This document shows positions 38,315-54,067 of a DNA stretch of 61,143 nucleotides, one piece after another. The DNA comes from Atractiella rhizophila (taxonomy: Eukaryota). Positions within the stretch are counted from its first letter, which is position 1, and the number at the start of each line of letters is the position of its first letter. The notes under the pieces were generated by a model. It searched no databases. It had not been told where the DNA came from and saw nothing but the letters and a program-made list of their open reading frames with translations. The stretch is taken from contig MU271459.1 of NCBI GenBank assembly GCA_021432655.1, forward strand, positions 1 through 61,143. The letters run 5' to 3'. The position numbers and the translations under genes are program-made.

Positions 38315-40447
38315 ATGGCCGTCTCCACCAGACGACAAGATGAAGAGTCCCAACCCCTTCTTACTGGCCTCAGAAAAACGACCCCTCTGCCTTTTGCTCA
38401 GGTCTGTTCGCTGTAACCATTGTCTTTACCATTGAATTCGGGAGCAGTTATTCGTTCTTTGTTCAATGAGATTGACTGAACCTGTATCTGCGACTGTGCT
38501 TCAACCCTTCATTAACAAAATGATTGAGGAATCGGGAGTTACCGATGGTGAGCAGCCCAAATCTTCCCATGGCAGCTTCCAGGCTGATGCAACCTGTTCA
38601 GATCCTAAAAAGGTCGGGTATTATGCAGGCAAGCTCTACTAAAGCTTGCATATAGCTGAATCGTTACAATGTAATCAGGAATCATCACGTCTCTATTTGC
38701 TGCATCCCAGCTTTTAACCGGTATGTGTTTCCTCGTTATTGCGTCGTTTTCGAGTCTTATTCACCTGCACAAATAGTATTTTCCTGGGGTATGTCGTTCA
38801 AGGTCCATTCGAAGCATGCTCAAAGAGTTCCAGGGCGACTATCCGACAGAATTGGACGCAAACCAGTCCTGTTGACGGGATTGTCAGGAGTGTTGGTACC
38901 CAATTCAACTATTGTTGATTGCAACGGCTCAATTAAGTTTTCTAGATATCTACCTTCCTTTTTGGCCTTCAGAAGAGCTTCGTAGGAATGGTGATCGCCC
39001 GCTGCATATCTGGAGCCATGAACGGGAATGTTGCCGTGATTAAAAGTGTTCTAGCAGAAATAACTGACGAGTCGAATCAAGCAAGGTGCACGTTTTGACC
39101 ATTTTTAAGTTGCTGATGTTTAAGGAGGTTGGGTAGAGCCTTCACCTTGCTACCGCTTTGCTTTGCTGTTGGTGCGTAAGTGTACAAGTTCTCAGAAGAA
39201 GCCTGACAATCGCAGGAAGGTTCGATTATTGGACCCTTGGCTGGAGGATATCTCGCTCACCCAACTGGTACGAAAGCTCTTCTTGACGTTCTCACTGTAA
39301 CTGGCTGCCCAGATCAGTGGCCGCGCTTATTCGGTTCCATTGACTTATTTCAACGACATCCTTACTTTCTGCCATGCTTTATCGCTAGCTTGCTTAACCT
39401 TTTCGCCATTCTGATGGGAGCGTTCTTTCTGAAAGAGGTTAGAAATTTTCCTCGCAACACGTTGCTGTTGCTCTAACAAATAATTTAGACGTTACCAAGA
39501 AAGCCACAAACGAAAGGAGCGAGCCCAAACGTAAGTCGCGGACATGACGGCGATGTTGAAGAAGTCATCGAGGAAGATGTCATCGTGGATCCAGAAATCA
39601 CCAAAGCAGCTCGAAGGTACACATTCAGGGATCTGCTGACAAAACACATTCTGGCAGTGCTCTTTACCTTTGGCTTAATCGGTACATTCCTCCTAATCCC
39701 ATCTGAAATAAAGTATCGACGAATCTGCTCTAGTGCTTTTTAACAACTCGTACTTCATTCTCCTGCCTCTTTTCGCATACACTCCAATTCAATCCGGAGG
39801 CTTGTCATTCTCAACACAAGAAATTGGAAACGCTATGTCCATAGCAGGAATCGTCGCCATCGTGGTTCAAACGTTAATATTCCCTCCACTTCAACTACGC
39901 TTCGGTTCTCTCCGTTTACTTCGTGGCGCCCTCGCTCTCTTCCCATTTATCTTTATTTGTTTTCCATTCTTGAATGGCATCGCTCGTTGGCAGCACAAAG
40001 AGGACGCTCCTCCAGGTCACGAGCTCACCATTTGGATCGGCCTTATAGCGATGATAGGTATCAAAGCGTTCGCTAACCTTAGTACCGTATGCATCACCCT
40101 CATGATCAATAACTCTGCACCGGAGCGAAGCGCACTTGGAGCGATCAACGGGGCTGCTCAGACTTTTGCTTGTCTTGCTCGCACAATAGGACCAGTCGCT
40201 GTGACGTAAGTTATTCTTGTGCTTGAAGGCCACAACCTCACGGGGAGGAATAGGTCCCTCTTCGCTATAAGTGCTAGCCGCAATGTTTTGGGAGGAAATT
40301 TGGTCTGGATCGTGCTCACAGTCTCCGCTGTTGGAATGTGTGCGATGACCTTCCGACTCAAGGAAGTCAAACCCGGTAATTGTCTTATGAAAACCCTGAC
40401 CCTGCAAACTGATCTGTTGCACAGCTTGGAGAAACGAAGGAAAATGA
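38315..40447 (+). CDS. Major facilitator superfamily transporter (DHA1/ZIFL/YCR023C-like); many short exons
   Basis: TPLPFAQ..MRLTEP, VGYYAG, motif A WGRLSDRIGRKPVLLTGL, MNGNVAVIKSVLAEITDESNQ, HPYFLPCF, LMINNSAPERSALGAING. Confidence 0.9.
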
Positions 40448-41145
40448 ATGCACATTAGACGCGGAGCCAGTGTATCTAGAACCATCACTATAAAGACATG
40501 CAACGATACAACCGTGACAACAACGACGCCGTGAGCTCCGGATCGAGCCCAGTCGGCTGAAAAGTTCACTTTCAGCATGATACCTTCAGAATATATTACT
40601 CAGCCTCAGAATATTGGTCGCTTGGACTAGGAGATTTCGATATGGAGCAGATCCAGGTTCAGCCTGAAGCTGATTCCACCATGCTGAAGTGTTTTTGAGA
40701 TGATGTAATGGATAAAATTCCATCGTACCGAACCCCAAACACGTAACAGAGAACTCAGGACAAGGACAAAATCGAGAAATAAAAAGATCATAGCATGAAA
40801 CGAGATGAGGCATAAAGAACGGACGGAGGAAGTAAGAAACGTCAAGGGGAAAGGGGAACGCGGAGAGGAGGTAAAGCAGGTCAACCGTGTGGAACTTCGC
40901 GACCGAGATGTTTTTGACAACAGGAACTTCAGAGAAGATACTACGAAAACAGGAACCCTTCCGCTCCACCACTTACGACCTTTGAGAAGGACGCGGATGG
41001 TAGGAAGAAACCAGGGTAAAGAGTGAGATAACTCGAGCACGCAAAGTCCACACGATATCGCTGCCACCTTCCCTCGTATCGGGGTAACAAAATCTAGAAC
41101 GGGAACTAGGGATGCCTCTCCATCCCTTCCTCGAGAGCAGACTGA

Positions 41146-43064
<1,919 letters not shown>

Positions 43065-43173
43065 GGCAAGTCTGATTGAATGCCGAGATTATGATGAGCG
43101 TAATGAATTGCACCTGTAACAGAGAAATGTCAGCCCTCGGAAACCCTAGAACATAGATGTCCTCCAATGCATC

Positions 43174-43267
43174 CTTCGTTCTCAGCACATCACTAGTGTA
43201 AAGTATCCTCATTAATAGCGGCCAATGGGATTAAGCCATGACCCTTAGGGAAGCATCATCCACGAAG
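43174..43267 (-). ncRNA. Candidate box C/D snoRNA in a 5'-UTR intron of PP1
   Basis: Terminal stem CTTCGT/ACGAAG flanks C-like ATGATGC and D box CTGA, with internal ATGA (D') and GTGATGT (C'). It lies ~40 nt upstream of branch GCTGAC and ~60 nt upstream of acceptor TTACAG (43114). Confidence 0.45.
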
Positions 43268-44337
43268 AGAACAGCGTCGTCCTTCATAGCGGTATATCGG
43301 GCACAAGAGCGGGAGCCGGATATTTGTGTCTGAAGCTCAAAAATGGTTGTTTTTTTCTCGCACAAGCAGCACCGCTACTTAGAATAGCATACTGGAGAGC
43401 GCTCAGAGCAAGATCAAGCGTAAAAACACATCTCTTTCGACGAGAGAAAAGAATCACAAGACCCCCGCAAATTTGCTTTCAGTCGTCGTATTTTCACTTC
43501 GAAGTCCCAACCAACAAAGCGTGGAAAGAAAGACGCGCACCTTTGACTTGGGCTGGCTCTGAGGATCTGAAACGTTTGCTCAGACGCAAGACGCTTGTGA
43601 GAGTTGGTCGATGTGGGTGGCTTTGATGTACCGCCTGGAATTTCCTTTCCTGGAAAACGCCGCAACAGTCCCGTGACTCTGGCAACTTTCAGCTTCACCT
43701 CTTGAACATCTAGGAACTGCATAGACGCAATGCTGCAAGTGTGCTTTGGTCTCAAGAAACAGGAAAGGAGGCTGAATTCCCACCCGATTTGCGCTTCAGT
43801 TTTGGGCAAAATTCGGGTAGCTGCCGTTCTCCTTCCTAGTTATATGTTCACGGTCCGCCTGTCCTCCATGACTGTGCAGACGAGAAATTGGTTTGTAATT
43901 CCTTCACGTGGTGCATAATGGTGCCTTTAGCATCGAGTATGTTACTGTAAATTTTGACTCAAAGAGCAACACCATAATACCTTTTAGCAACGCAAAAAAG
44001 CGTGTTCATCTAATTAAGTCTTTGCGTGGAAATGACCCTAAGCATATTCTTCCTTAACTCCCTTGACCATTTGTGTTAGTGAGATGAGTTTCTGGTTTGT
44101 ATAATTAAATTACGATATTACCTACTTGCTTGCAAACTGGGGTAAAAATCCGACTTGATGTTCTGCTCTTTCACCAACGGGTTATTTTAAGGACCATATC
44201 TTGAATACATGGTTGGTCAGTACTCAGTACTCAGTCCAAGGCCTTTAAAATCTTTATTATTGTGCAAATTGGACCGTTTCAGATTGCCTGTGCCTAATTC
44301 ATAAACATGGACAACTTGGTAATGAGATCATGGTCAT

Positions 44338-45225
44338 TCAATCTTCTTCAACCATTCTGTACATAAGATCCGTGCGCACCGTAAACTTGATCCCCTCATT
44401 TACCTCCGCGCCCGAGTGCAGCAATTTGGCGTGCTGAAAGATGAGCACTCTACCAGCTTTTGGGTGAACGTCTAGATCCTTCTTAGCGTGAAATGTGGTT
44501 GCCCCTCCTTCTAACGTCCCCCCGTATTCTTTCGAATCGTTGAGGTAGAGATGGAGGGTGTAATAGCTTGATTCGAAATCTGGAGCGACATAACGTCCGT
44601 CGCAGTGTGCCTTGAAGAATTGACCACTTCCATATTTAAGGAATCGAAGGCGATCGTTCGGACGTGAGAGTTTCCAGCTCTCCCCTCGCTCAACTGCTCG
44701 CATAGACATGACCCAAGGCTTGTCCTCCAATACTTCAAGGTCTTTTTTAATCCCTGGGGCGAGCAAACAACGTTCCAAGATACGATCGGCGATTACTTGG
44801 GTGTCCCAAATTATGCTGCGAATCTCTCATCAGCAAATGCCATTTTGAGCAGAAAGTTGCATTACCGGTCACAATTCCTGTAATCTAGAGCAAGCACTTC
44901 CCTTCCGATCCCAGCATTAAGCATTGCAACTCCCCACCCTTCATTTTCCGTTGTCGTCGACGATTGCACGGCCAGCTCAAGCAATTTCTCGCATTCTGCG
45001 GGCATCAACACACCGTCCAGGACGACAGCGTAACAGTCCACATATTCTGGCAGTCCCTCTTTCTCCCAATCGACATATTCAACAGTTGGAGGAGGGATGG
45101 GCTTCTTCAAAAAATCTTTTGGGATATCGACTTCGCGAGAAGTAATAGCTCGTCTCTTGAACTTGAAATTTGCGTGGTGCAGCAACTCCATTGCCAGAGG
45201 TGACTTTCTTAGAACGAGAACGCAT
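44338..45225 (-). CDS. 2OG-Fe(II) oxygenase, prolyl 4-hydroxylase-like; 2 exons
   Basis: YAVVLDGVLMPAECEKL, NDRLRFLKYGSGQFFKAHCDG (HxD), TLHLYLND, GGATTF, GRVLIFQH..LLHSGAEV..KFTVRTDLMY. Start is 45191 as assembled, or ~45225 if one A at ~45145 is spurious. Confidence 0.88.
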
Positions 45226-45538
45226 TGTCAAAGAAGGACGTAGATGTCTGGGCAAGTAGACCGTCTTTGTCTTTTATACAACTCGATCAGAGTCCGGAAG
45301 CGAGTCATCAGCCGCATTGAATTCCGAGCCCAGCCCTTTCAGGTCCCTCCGCCTCGGGATATACCGACTTAGATGTGTGACTTGAGCAATCTAGAGACAT
45401 ACCACAAAAGTAGCACGCACAATCTAGACAAATCAGGAACGACCTGAAGCCTCAACGCCTCAACTCCGGTGAAAGATTAGGAATTGCAGGATGAAGAAAT
45501 ACATGGTGCTCAGCTTTCCAAAACAGAAGGAAAAAACG

Positions 45539-48437
45539 TCAACGAGTCCGTTCCGCCTGACTGAGGTAGAAATCGATTGTAAATCTGTTTTCGTCACATC
45601 TTTCCATCCGATCAGCATTGGCTGTGTCAAAATAAACAAGAAATCAAATACTTACATACGCAACATCTGGCTCTGAAAGTCAAGTAACGCCTTCTGTACA
45701 CTCCTAAAAGGTGCCATATATCTCATCGAATTCTCCTTTAAATGCGTCCCATGAGCCTTGAGGATGGCACAGATCCAGACCAGGTGAAATTCCACGTGCG
45801 GGCTTTCTTCCATTTCTTTTGCAATAAACACGAGCAATTTCTCAACGTAGACAATGGGGAGATTTCGACAAATGATAGGGACATCTGTTACTGGTATTTT
45901 GTGATAAACCGATCGGATGATTGGTCGCTCGTTCAGTCGAAATGCCATGACTAGAGCTTTGAGGTATTCCTTATTTGCGGTGGTCGCTTGGATCGAGGAA
46001 GGAGTGATGTCAATCTCCAGGTCGAAAGGATCGAACTCGATCGCTCCATCAAGAGAATAGATGAGTAGACCTTCGGTAGATGCGGCTGCCCAACTCTTTC
46101 CAGCAGGAGAAAACCGTACCGACCTCGTCCTTGCCTCCGGCCTATATTTCCTCTTCGACATGTCACCCCCCTGTGCTCCAGGTAGAAAGTTGTCCAATCT
46201 GTCTTCCAAATCCTCCAGATCGCCTCTTTCATCGATTTCCTCAAGCGGACCAGCTTCGGTCAGCTTTCTGGAGTCAAGATATTCCTGTATGCCATCAAGT
46301 GAAAGGTTCTTGGATATCTGAAACTTCTTCAACAGCAATCCTTCGCGGCACTCATAAAGGCAAATCCACTTCGAACTTCCACCAGCTAGGATCGTGCTCC
46401 CATCTGCGGAATAAGCCAAAGACTCGAAAGCCTTCCCAGCAGCTGAATTTTTCGCAGTCCTCCGATCGTTGACCTTCCTACCACCACTTACATCCTTCCT
46501 TCCCTCCAAAAGTTGAGTCTCCCTCCCGGTATCCACATCCCAGAAAGATATCTCGCCGTCAAGCGTAGAAACAGCGACCTCCTTGCCATCAGGCCGAAAA
46601 GTGACTGCGAGGGCGTCGGATGCGAGCTGAAATGTCTGTGTATTCTTGTTCCGGGAGTAGAGGTCCCATAACCTTACCGTCTTGTCCCAGGAACAGCTCG
46701 CCATCTTGTCACCCATCGGCGAAAATGCGAGGCAAGAGACTGGTGCTTCGTGCCCAACCAAGGTTTCGAGGAGCTTTCCCGTCTGCACAGACCAGACATA
46801 GATGTCGAATGCGTCTCCAGATCCACCGGCGCAGACAACATCGCCGCTTGGATCTACTGCGAGACTTGTGAACTGCACAGGGGTGGGAGAGGTAAACGTC
46901 CTGAAATTACGGTAGCGTATCAAGTCAAAGGCTCGGACGGTCCCATCGAGAGAAGAAGAGAAGATGACCGTTCCGTTCTTCGAGAAAGTGACGGTGGAAA
47001 TGGAGGAGGTATGTTCGGAGAAAGTAACAAAGTTGAACCCGGATTCTACGTTCCACACCTTCACCTTTCCGTCCTCTCCACCAGTCACGATCCTCTGTCC
47101 GTCAGGCGAGTAATCTAGAGAGTTCATGCTATAGTAATGACCCTGCTGCTTGAGAACATAGCTTTCCGAAGCCCATTCCCATACCAGTAATTGCCCCATC
47201 TTGGCGGCGCCAAAGGCGAGCCATTCTCCAGTAGGATTAATAGTCACGCTAGTAATTTTTTCGGAGGAGATAGAGAGGGTATGGATCACCGGAAGGGTCG
47301 GAGTAGATGAAGCGAGGGAAATGTCGAAGAGGGAAAAGATGCCATGACTGTATCCTACGACGAGGATGTTGGATTTGACATGAAAAGTGACGCAGGAAAC
47401 ATAGGCTGGGCTCTGGGGGAAGAAGTGCTTTGCCTTAACTCCCCACCTGGTTCTCGCAACAGCATTTTCCCCCATATCTTCATCCACTTCCATTTCTGAA
47501 TCATCTGACAGCTCAGAATCCGATGAAGACTTCTCCCGCTTTGCTTGCCACACTAACAGTGCGCCGTCTCTGGAGACAGTATAGATAGTCTTCTGATCTT
47601 GAGAAAAATAAGCGGCGAGCACGGAATCTCGGTGACCAGAGAATGTTTTTGGACGGAAACCAGGAAGAGGATTGAGGGTGTAAAGTTTAGCTGTATTATC
47701 CTTGCTGGCGGTGAGGAAACATCTGCAATTTCCTCAGTTTCAAGGAGGAGAGAGAGAAAAGAGAAAGAGACGAACCGTGAATCAGGGCTCCATGTGATGC
47801 TTGAAACATCATCGTTATGTCCCGTGTAGGTTCGATGAAGTTTGAACGGCGCAAATTCGCGAATAAGGAGTGACGGAGTCTTCCATACCTGAATGTGTTG
47901 TCCGTGGGTGACAGAAATATACCTATCCATGTGCAAAACAGCTTTCTCAGCGAAAGTACAGAGATTCAATCGAGGGGACGCACTTTCCATCAGGTGAGAA
48001 CTGAATGTCCTCCACGGGCTTCTTGAAATTGATGTGTCCTAGGACCACTCCTCTCTGATAATTCACCAGAAGGGCTCGACCATCTACGTAGAGAAGATTA
48101 GTAAGTTTAGAACAGTAACAGCAGCAGACTCGCCTTCGTCTACAGGTATGAGTGTTCTGCCATCTGGGCTCAATGCAATCCGCTTAATGTTCTTCGCATT
48201 TTGCGGCTCTAACGTGCGAGTCTTATTCCTTTCTTCCACTCCACATGAGCATCATTTCTTCCCAAAACGGGGTATAAAAAAATGAGAATGGGGAGCATAC
48301 CGCACCAAATCGAAAGATCCAACTCTGTTCCCAAGTGGCGAGATCACGTTGTTCCCATCAGCAGTAAAAAGTAAGTTTCCAGCTGTATAGACTGTTCCTA
48401 GGAGATTCTGGAAACGATAGGCACTGGAGGATGCCAT
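45539..48437 (-). CDS. PWP2: Periodic tryptophan protein 2 (Utp1), WD40 SSU processome subunit; multi-exon
   Basis: YRFQNLLGTVY..GNLLFT, GEWLAFGAAKMGQLLVWEWASESYVLKQQGH, DGTVRAFDLIRYRNFRTFTSP, FDPFDLEIDITP, ALVMAFRLNE. Confidence 0.96.
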
Positions 48438-48604
48438 GGTCCATTCACCCAGCTTCAGCTAAACGTACCTCTTTGGAGGAATGCGAAAAAGTTTGGACAC
48501 CAGATTGAGTTCCGGTTGTGTGTCTGTACTCCTGAAACACCGGTCGGAGAAATGGAGGCTTGTGTTTTCTTTGCGCAGCGTTTGTGACTTTTCGAAACGA
48601 CATC

Positions 48605-49485
<881 letters not shown>

Positions 49486-49820
49486 TGACAATTGTTGCTG
49501 CTGAGTTGAACTGGATTTGCACCGTCAACTCTCACTCAATTCTCACTCCTCCGTCGTACTTTGCACAGCGCCCACTTTCACGTCTTTCCATATCTTGGTG
49601 AAACTCAAGTTCTCTGCCAAGATGAGCATCCGCTGGTACATCCTCACACTTCATGAACTGACATCAGATATCTGGAAATGCACTGTATCCTGTCAAGCTG
49701 ACTACCCGGTAGCATCCCGTAGTTCCGCGAAGTTTCTTCACTTCACTATCCCTGCTTGTGGTGCTTGACTGTTCCTGTTAGCTGCTCCAGCGACTAACAA
49801 GCGTAGTCTCCCAACTCCAA

Positions 49821-51504
49821 ATGTTACGCTTGGGTCTTACGCGTTCGTCCACAGCCTCCACGTCTTCCACCCTCCTGTGTCCCTACGTGGCCGCACCCAT
49901 TTCCAGTCCAGCGACACGAATTTTCCGACATGGCGCAGGGCATCGCCAGCAGCGAGGGGCGCGTATGAAAGGTCCTACACGTCCAAAAGACAACAAGAAG
50001 ACATACGGCTTCCTCCGTTCCTCTGCTCCACAAACCACCTCTCGAGTGCGGTGGGCGGATAGCTCGATGGACGTTGCGTCGATGTCTCCGGAGCTCATCG
50101 CTGCCAACTACGCCAAGTGGGCGACGAACACGCCTGATTTGGGATACAACGACTTGCTCGCTTTCCCTGAACAGTTTCCGCCCGATAAATTGACGGCTAC
50201 CACTTTTGCTGGTCCCCTTTCTGGCAAGACTGTGTTCGATTCGTCCCTCCTGGCTAAGAGAATGATTAAGGCTTGGGGACTGGATACCATGGAGGATCTT
50301 GTCGTTATAGAGTGTTGGGCCGGAGTTGGGACTTTTACGGAGGAACTGCTGAAGTTACCGAATCTCAAAAAGATTGTGGCAATAGAGGACAATAGGTGGT
50401 CTACAAAAGTGGCACTCGAGAACAAAGTCAGATTCCTCCTCCGCCTCTCCTCTCCCTCGTGTATACGGTCTGATAGTTGTGATTGCAACAGCAAATCGGC
50501 TTACGATTTGGAAACAAGCTGCTGTGGAAGTCTCACGATCCCGGTTTCTGGAAATCGTGGAGCGACCCCGAGATCCAAGAGGTGGTATCCCAGATCCCAC
50601 GGCACCCATGGTCGAAAGGTAGTTCTCTCCTTCTCATCTCTTCTCTATGTAATTAAAATGTGTGACAGTGCATCCGAACTTGTTCGTGCTCACACACGTC
50701 TCAGACGATTTCAACGGCGAAAAGTTCCTGTACTCTTGCACGACCTCGACTCTGCCCAACAACTGGCTCTGGCGTCTCGGACGCTTCCGACAGGGTTTCA
50801 TACACACGGTAGGATTGTACGATCGCATCTACCCCACCGATCCGACTACTCCTCGTCGACTCATCTACCCGACCAACAAGCTGGCCATCCTCATGTCCCT
50901 CATCGGTTCCTTCCGTTGCACCCTCGACCCTTCCCAGTTCTTTCCCGTTCCCGCACACTTTGTTCTGCCCACTAGGATACAGGATGGCGATACGAGTGTG
51001 CAGACGAGACGGTGGATGGCTAGCGAATATTTACCCTTCAATTTGGAGAGGGAGAGGTTGTGGTACGATGAGATGGAACACATATTGACCAGCGCGTTCT
51101 CGTCCAGGAATAAAAAGATCAGTACCTCTCTAGAGTCCGTCTTGTCCTGCCTCCACTCCTCTCGTAACATTCATTGACTTTATGCTTCTATTGGTTTTGG
51201 TTCGTTGCGGAGTATAGTCAGATAGCGCATGGAGCGTCGAACATACTCAAGAGGCTGAAGAAGAAAGGAGTGGATATTGACGAGAACCTTTGGGTGGTCA
51301 ATCTCAACAGTCAACAGTGGCTCTCGATAATCAACGAGTTCCACAAGTGGCCCTTCAAGCCTGACGTGCGTCCTCACCTCCGTTTTCCTCCTTTACCTGT
51401 CTTCTATTAGGAGGTTTCTTGAGCTCACATTGACTCTTGCGCAGGTTTATGGAGAGGGCGGATGGTCGTGGAGGGAACAAGCGGAGATGTTCCACAAGGA
51501 GTGA
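49821..51504 (+). CDS. Mitochondrial transcription factor Mtf1 / KsgA-like methyltransferase-fold protein; multi-exon
   Basis: Arg/Ser-rich presequence-like N-terminus; SAM-fold VVIECWAGVGTFTEELL..KKIVAIED; C-terminal QQWLSIINEFHKWPFKP. Confidence 0.7.
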
Positions 51505-51991
51505 TCTTGTTCTTATTTATTCAACTTTCAAGTCGAAGTATTACCATTCATGCTCTTAGAGTCCCATAATAAGTAAAGTCACAATTACCACAGGCAGTAC
51601 CAATACCCTCATTTCACGATCTACCAATATCAAAAGCGACGGTACAGGTCATTGAGTATAACACAATAGGTGGAAACAGAAATCTCCTGCAGAATCTTGG
51701 TGATGACCAATCCATAGGTCCTGAGAAATTCTGTCAGCTTGAATCAAGCTGGAGTCTGAAGTTTTCTTGCGACTCACATTTGTAGAAAGAGTTGGTTTTT
51801 AAGTCATTTGCTGCTTAGTTCTTACGGATAAGATTACGAAAGACAGGCTTCCAACAGCGACTAGCAATATGGAACCGGAGCGGAGACAGACCCAAGGGAG
51901 AAGTGAGAGTAGGGACAAAGCTTTGCGACACAGACCAATAATCCATTAAACCCGATGTAACGACAGAGCAATAATCTACTTCGAACGAACC

Positions 51992-54067
51992 TTAGTGCGG
52001 ATCCCACTCCACTTGGTGGGTCAGGCTATTATACCCTCTCAGACGGAGGACAGAGGATGCGTAAAGGGGGAGGACGGACCTGAAGGAATTGTAAGACGGC
52101 GTCCGTGGATTCAACATGGGTTGAAAGTTTTGGACCTCCGCCCACCTCTTGAACAGTCTGATCCAACGCTCGTCAGCCCTCATTCCCTTTCACCATTACA
52201 AGAGAGAGAGAAAAGTAAGAAAGGGATTGGAAGGGGGAACGAACCGTCTCCAATAACAGTCCACGGCGCTCGGACTGAGGTTCTTCCTGAAGAACTCGAA
52301 GCTGGTATTCGCTATCCTCTCCGCCTTATCCTCGTACTGAATGAGGTCCTGCATGATATTCGGAAGCTCTTTGAGGTCTTTGAATTCGACCATATTCTGA
52401 GTTTTGGAGGTCGGAGAGGTATCGAAGAGGTGATGAAAGTGTTGTAGGTACTCCATCTTGTAAGCTACCGTCACAGATCGACATTGGAGGATGTACCTTC
52501 ACAATCATCCGTGTCAATTCTTTCATTGTCGTCGTCGTTTGGTACAGGAGGGAAGGAGAGGGAAGGAAGAAGGGACTGACTTGAGACGACCGGAAGCGGC
52601 GAAACCCTCGACGTGACCCAGGAACTTATAATCGCAATGTTCAGCCTGAGTCTTCAACACGTCCTTTGGCGATCCCCAATTGATTTCCATGATGTCCTTT
52701 CCCCACTCAAACTTGTTCGCCAGTTCCATGAACTCCTGTCATCCCACCCATAATCACATCAACATGCGACGATAAGACGACGAGGATACGATATGGATGT
52801 GGGAAGGACGTACACGTCGAATGGGGATGAGCAAGGCACCGCGCCAGAAGAGAGACGTCAGTTTGGTCTTCCACGTCAATCCAGCTTCGCGCTCCAAACA
52901 CTGGTCCGCCACTTCCTGGAAGCTTCCCACTCCCGGCTACCGCACCACCACCACGCGCGATCAAGAGTCAGTTTCTCCCTCTCACTGCAGAACAAAGCCT
53001 GGAAAGAAGAATGAGGGAGAGACGAACCTCGGGCCAGGAATACCAACTGTAATCGGGCATCAACCACAGATGTTCCTCCCTCTCCTTCCTTCCCAACACC
53101 CAAATCGGCAACCCCAATGAGGCGTCACCGGTGTCCGTCGTCTGGATCACGAATTCGATGTCTGGGACGGGGTGGAGGGAGGTTAAGACGGCTTGATTGA
53201 TTGCTGCCAACGTGGCTGTTCAACCACCAATTAGAGCCCATTGGTGCGTGTGAGGGAGGGAGGCGATGACGAACCGAGTGTACGTGTGCCTTGACCGCCT
53301 CGGTAGTCTTTTACGTAGAACTGCATCCACGTCACTTCATCAACCCAGTTCGAGAATGAAGAAAGGAGGAAGGAGACGCACGCGGTTGCGCAATATCACT
53401 CCTCGTGCGTTCGCGCCGCGTTCCATGGCTTTGTCGAGGTCGGAGGAGGAGATGCCTCCCCTTCTTTTGAAGTAGGACGCAGCGCGGTCCGCTTCTCTGT
53501 TCACCGATGCTCATTATGGTCAGCCGTATGACGATGGTAGAAAGGACGAACATCCAGTTTCTTTTGTCGAAAACCATCTGCGTCGTTTCACTCAGTTGGG
53601 TTTAAGAGGAAGTGGAGGAGGAAACACTGACTTCGCATTGCTCCTCGTTGAGGTGCCTGTCGACGGCTAAATCCCAACGACCCAAATCTTCCACGCCACT
53701 TCCCTTCCCTGGAGGTTGCCACGCATCGCAAAGCTACACCGTTACATTCCGTCAAAATCAACCCACGCCATTCCCTCAAACCAACCGAACCACATGAAAA
53801 TAAAAAACACACCTGTTCTATACTCCCAAACGCCGGCCTGGGAGAACAGACATACGGATTCTTGACGTAACTCTCGTCCCAGCGCGGCGCACTGCTCGGC
53901 TTAAAGAGCCAATAGAGTATGACGAGCGCAGGGAGTGCGAGGTAGAGGAACTTGCGGCGCTGCTGCTGCGTTGAGTTCTGGGAGGAGGTGGGGAGCGGGC
54001 TGTAGTTGCCGCGGTCGGAGAGAGGGAGGAGGCGACGGGAGAGGTCGCGCAGTTTTATGCCGCTCAT
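51992..54067 (-). CDS. Glycosyltransferase family 90 (CAP10/KDELC-like) type II membrane protein; multi-exon
   Basis: N-terminal TM (FLYLALPALVILYWLF); PVPDIEFVI, WLMPDYSWYSWPE, HCDYKFLGHVEGFAASGRLK, AERIANTSFEFFRKNLSPSAVDCYWRR. Confidence 0.85.
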
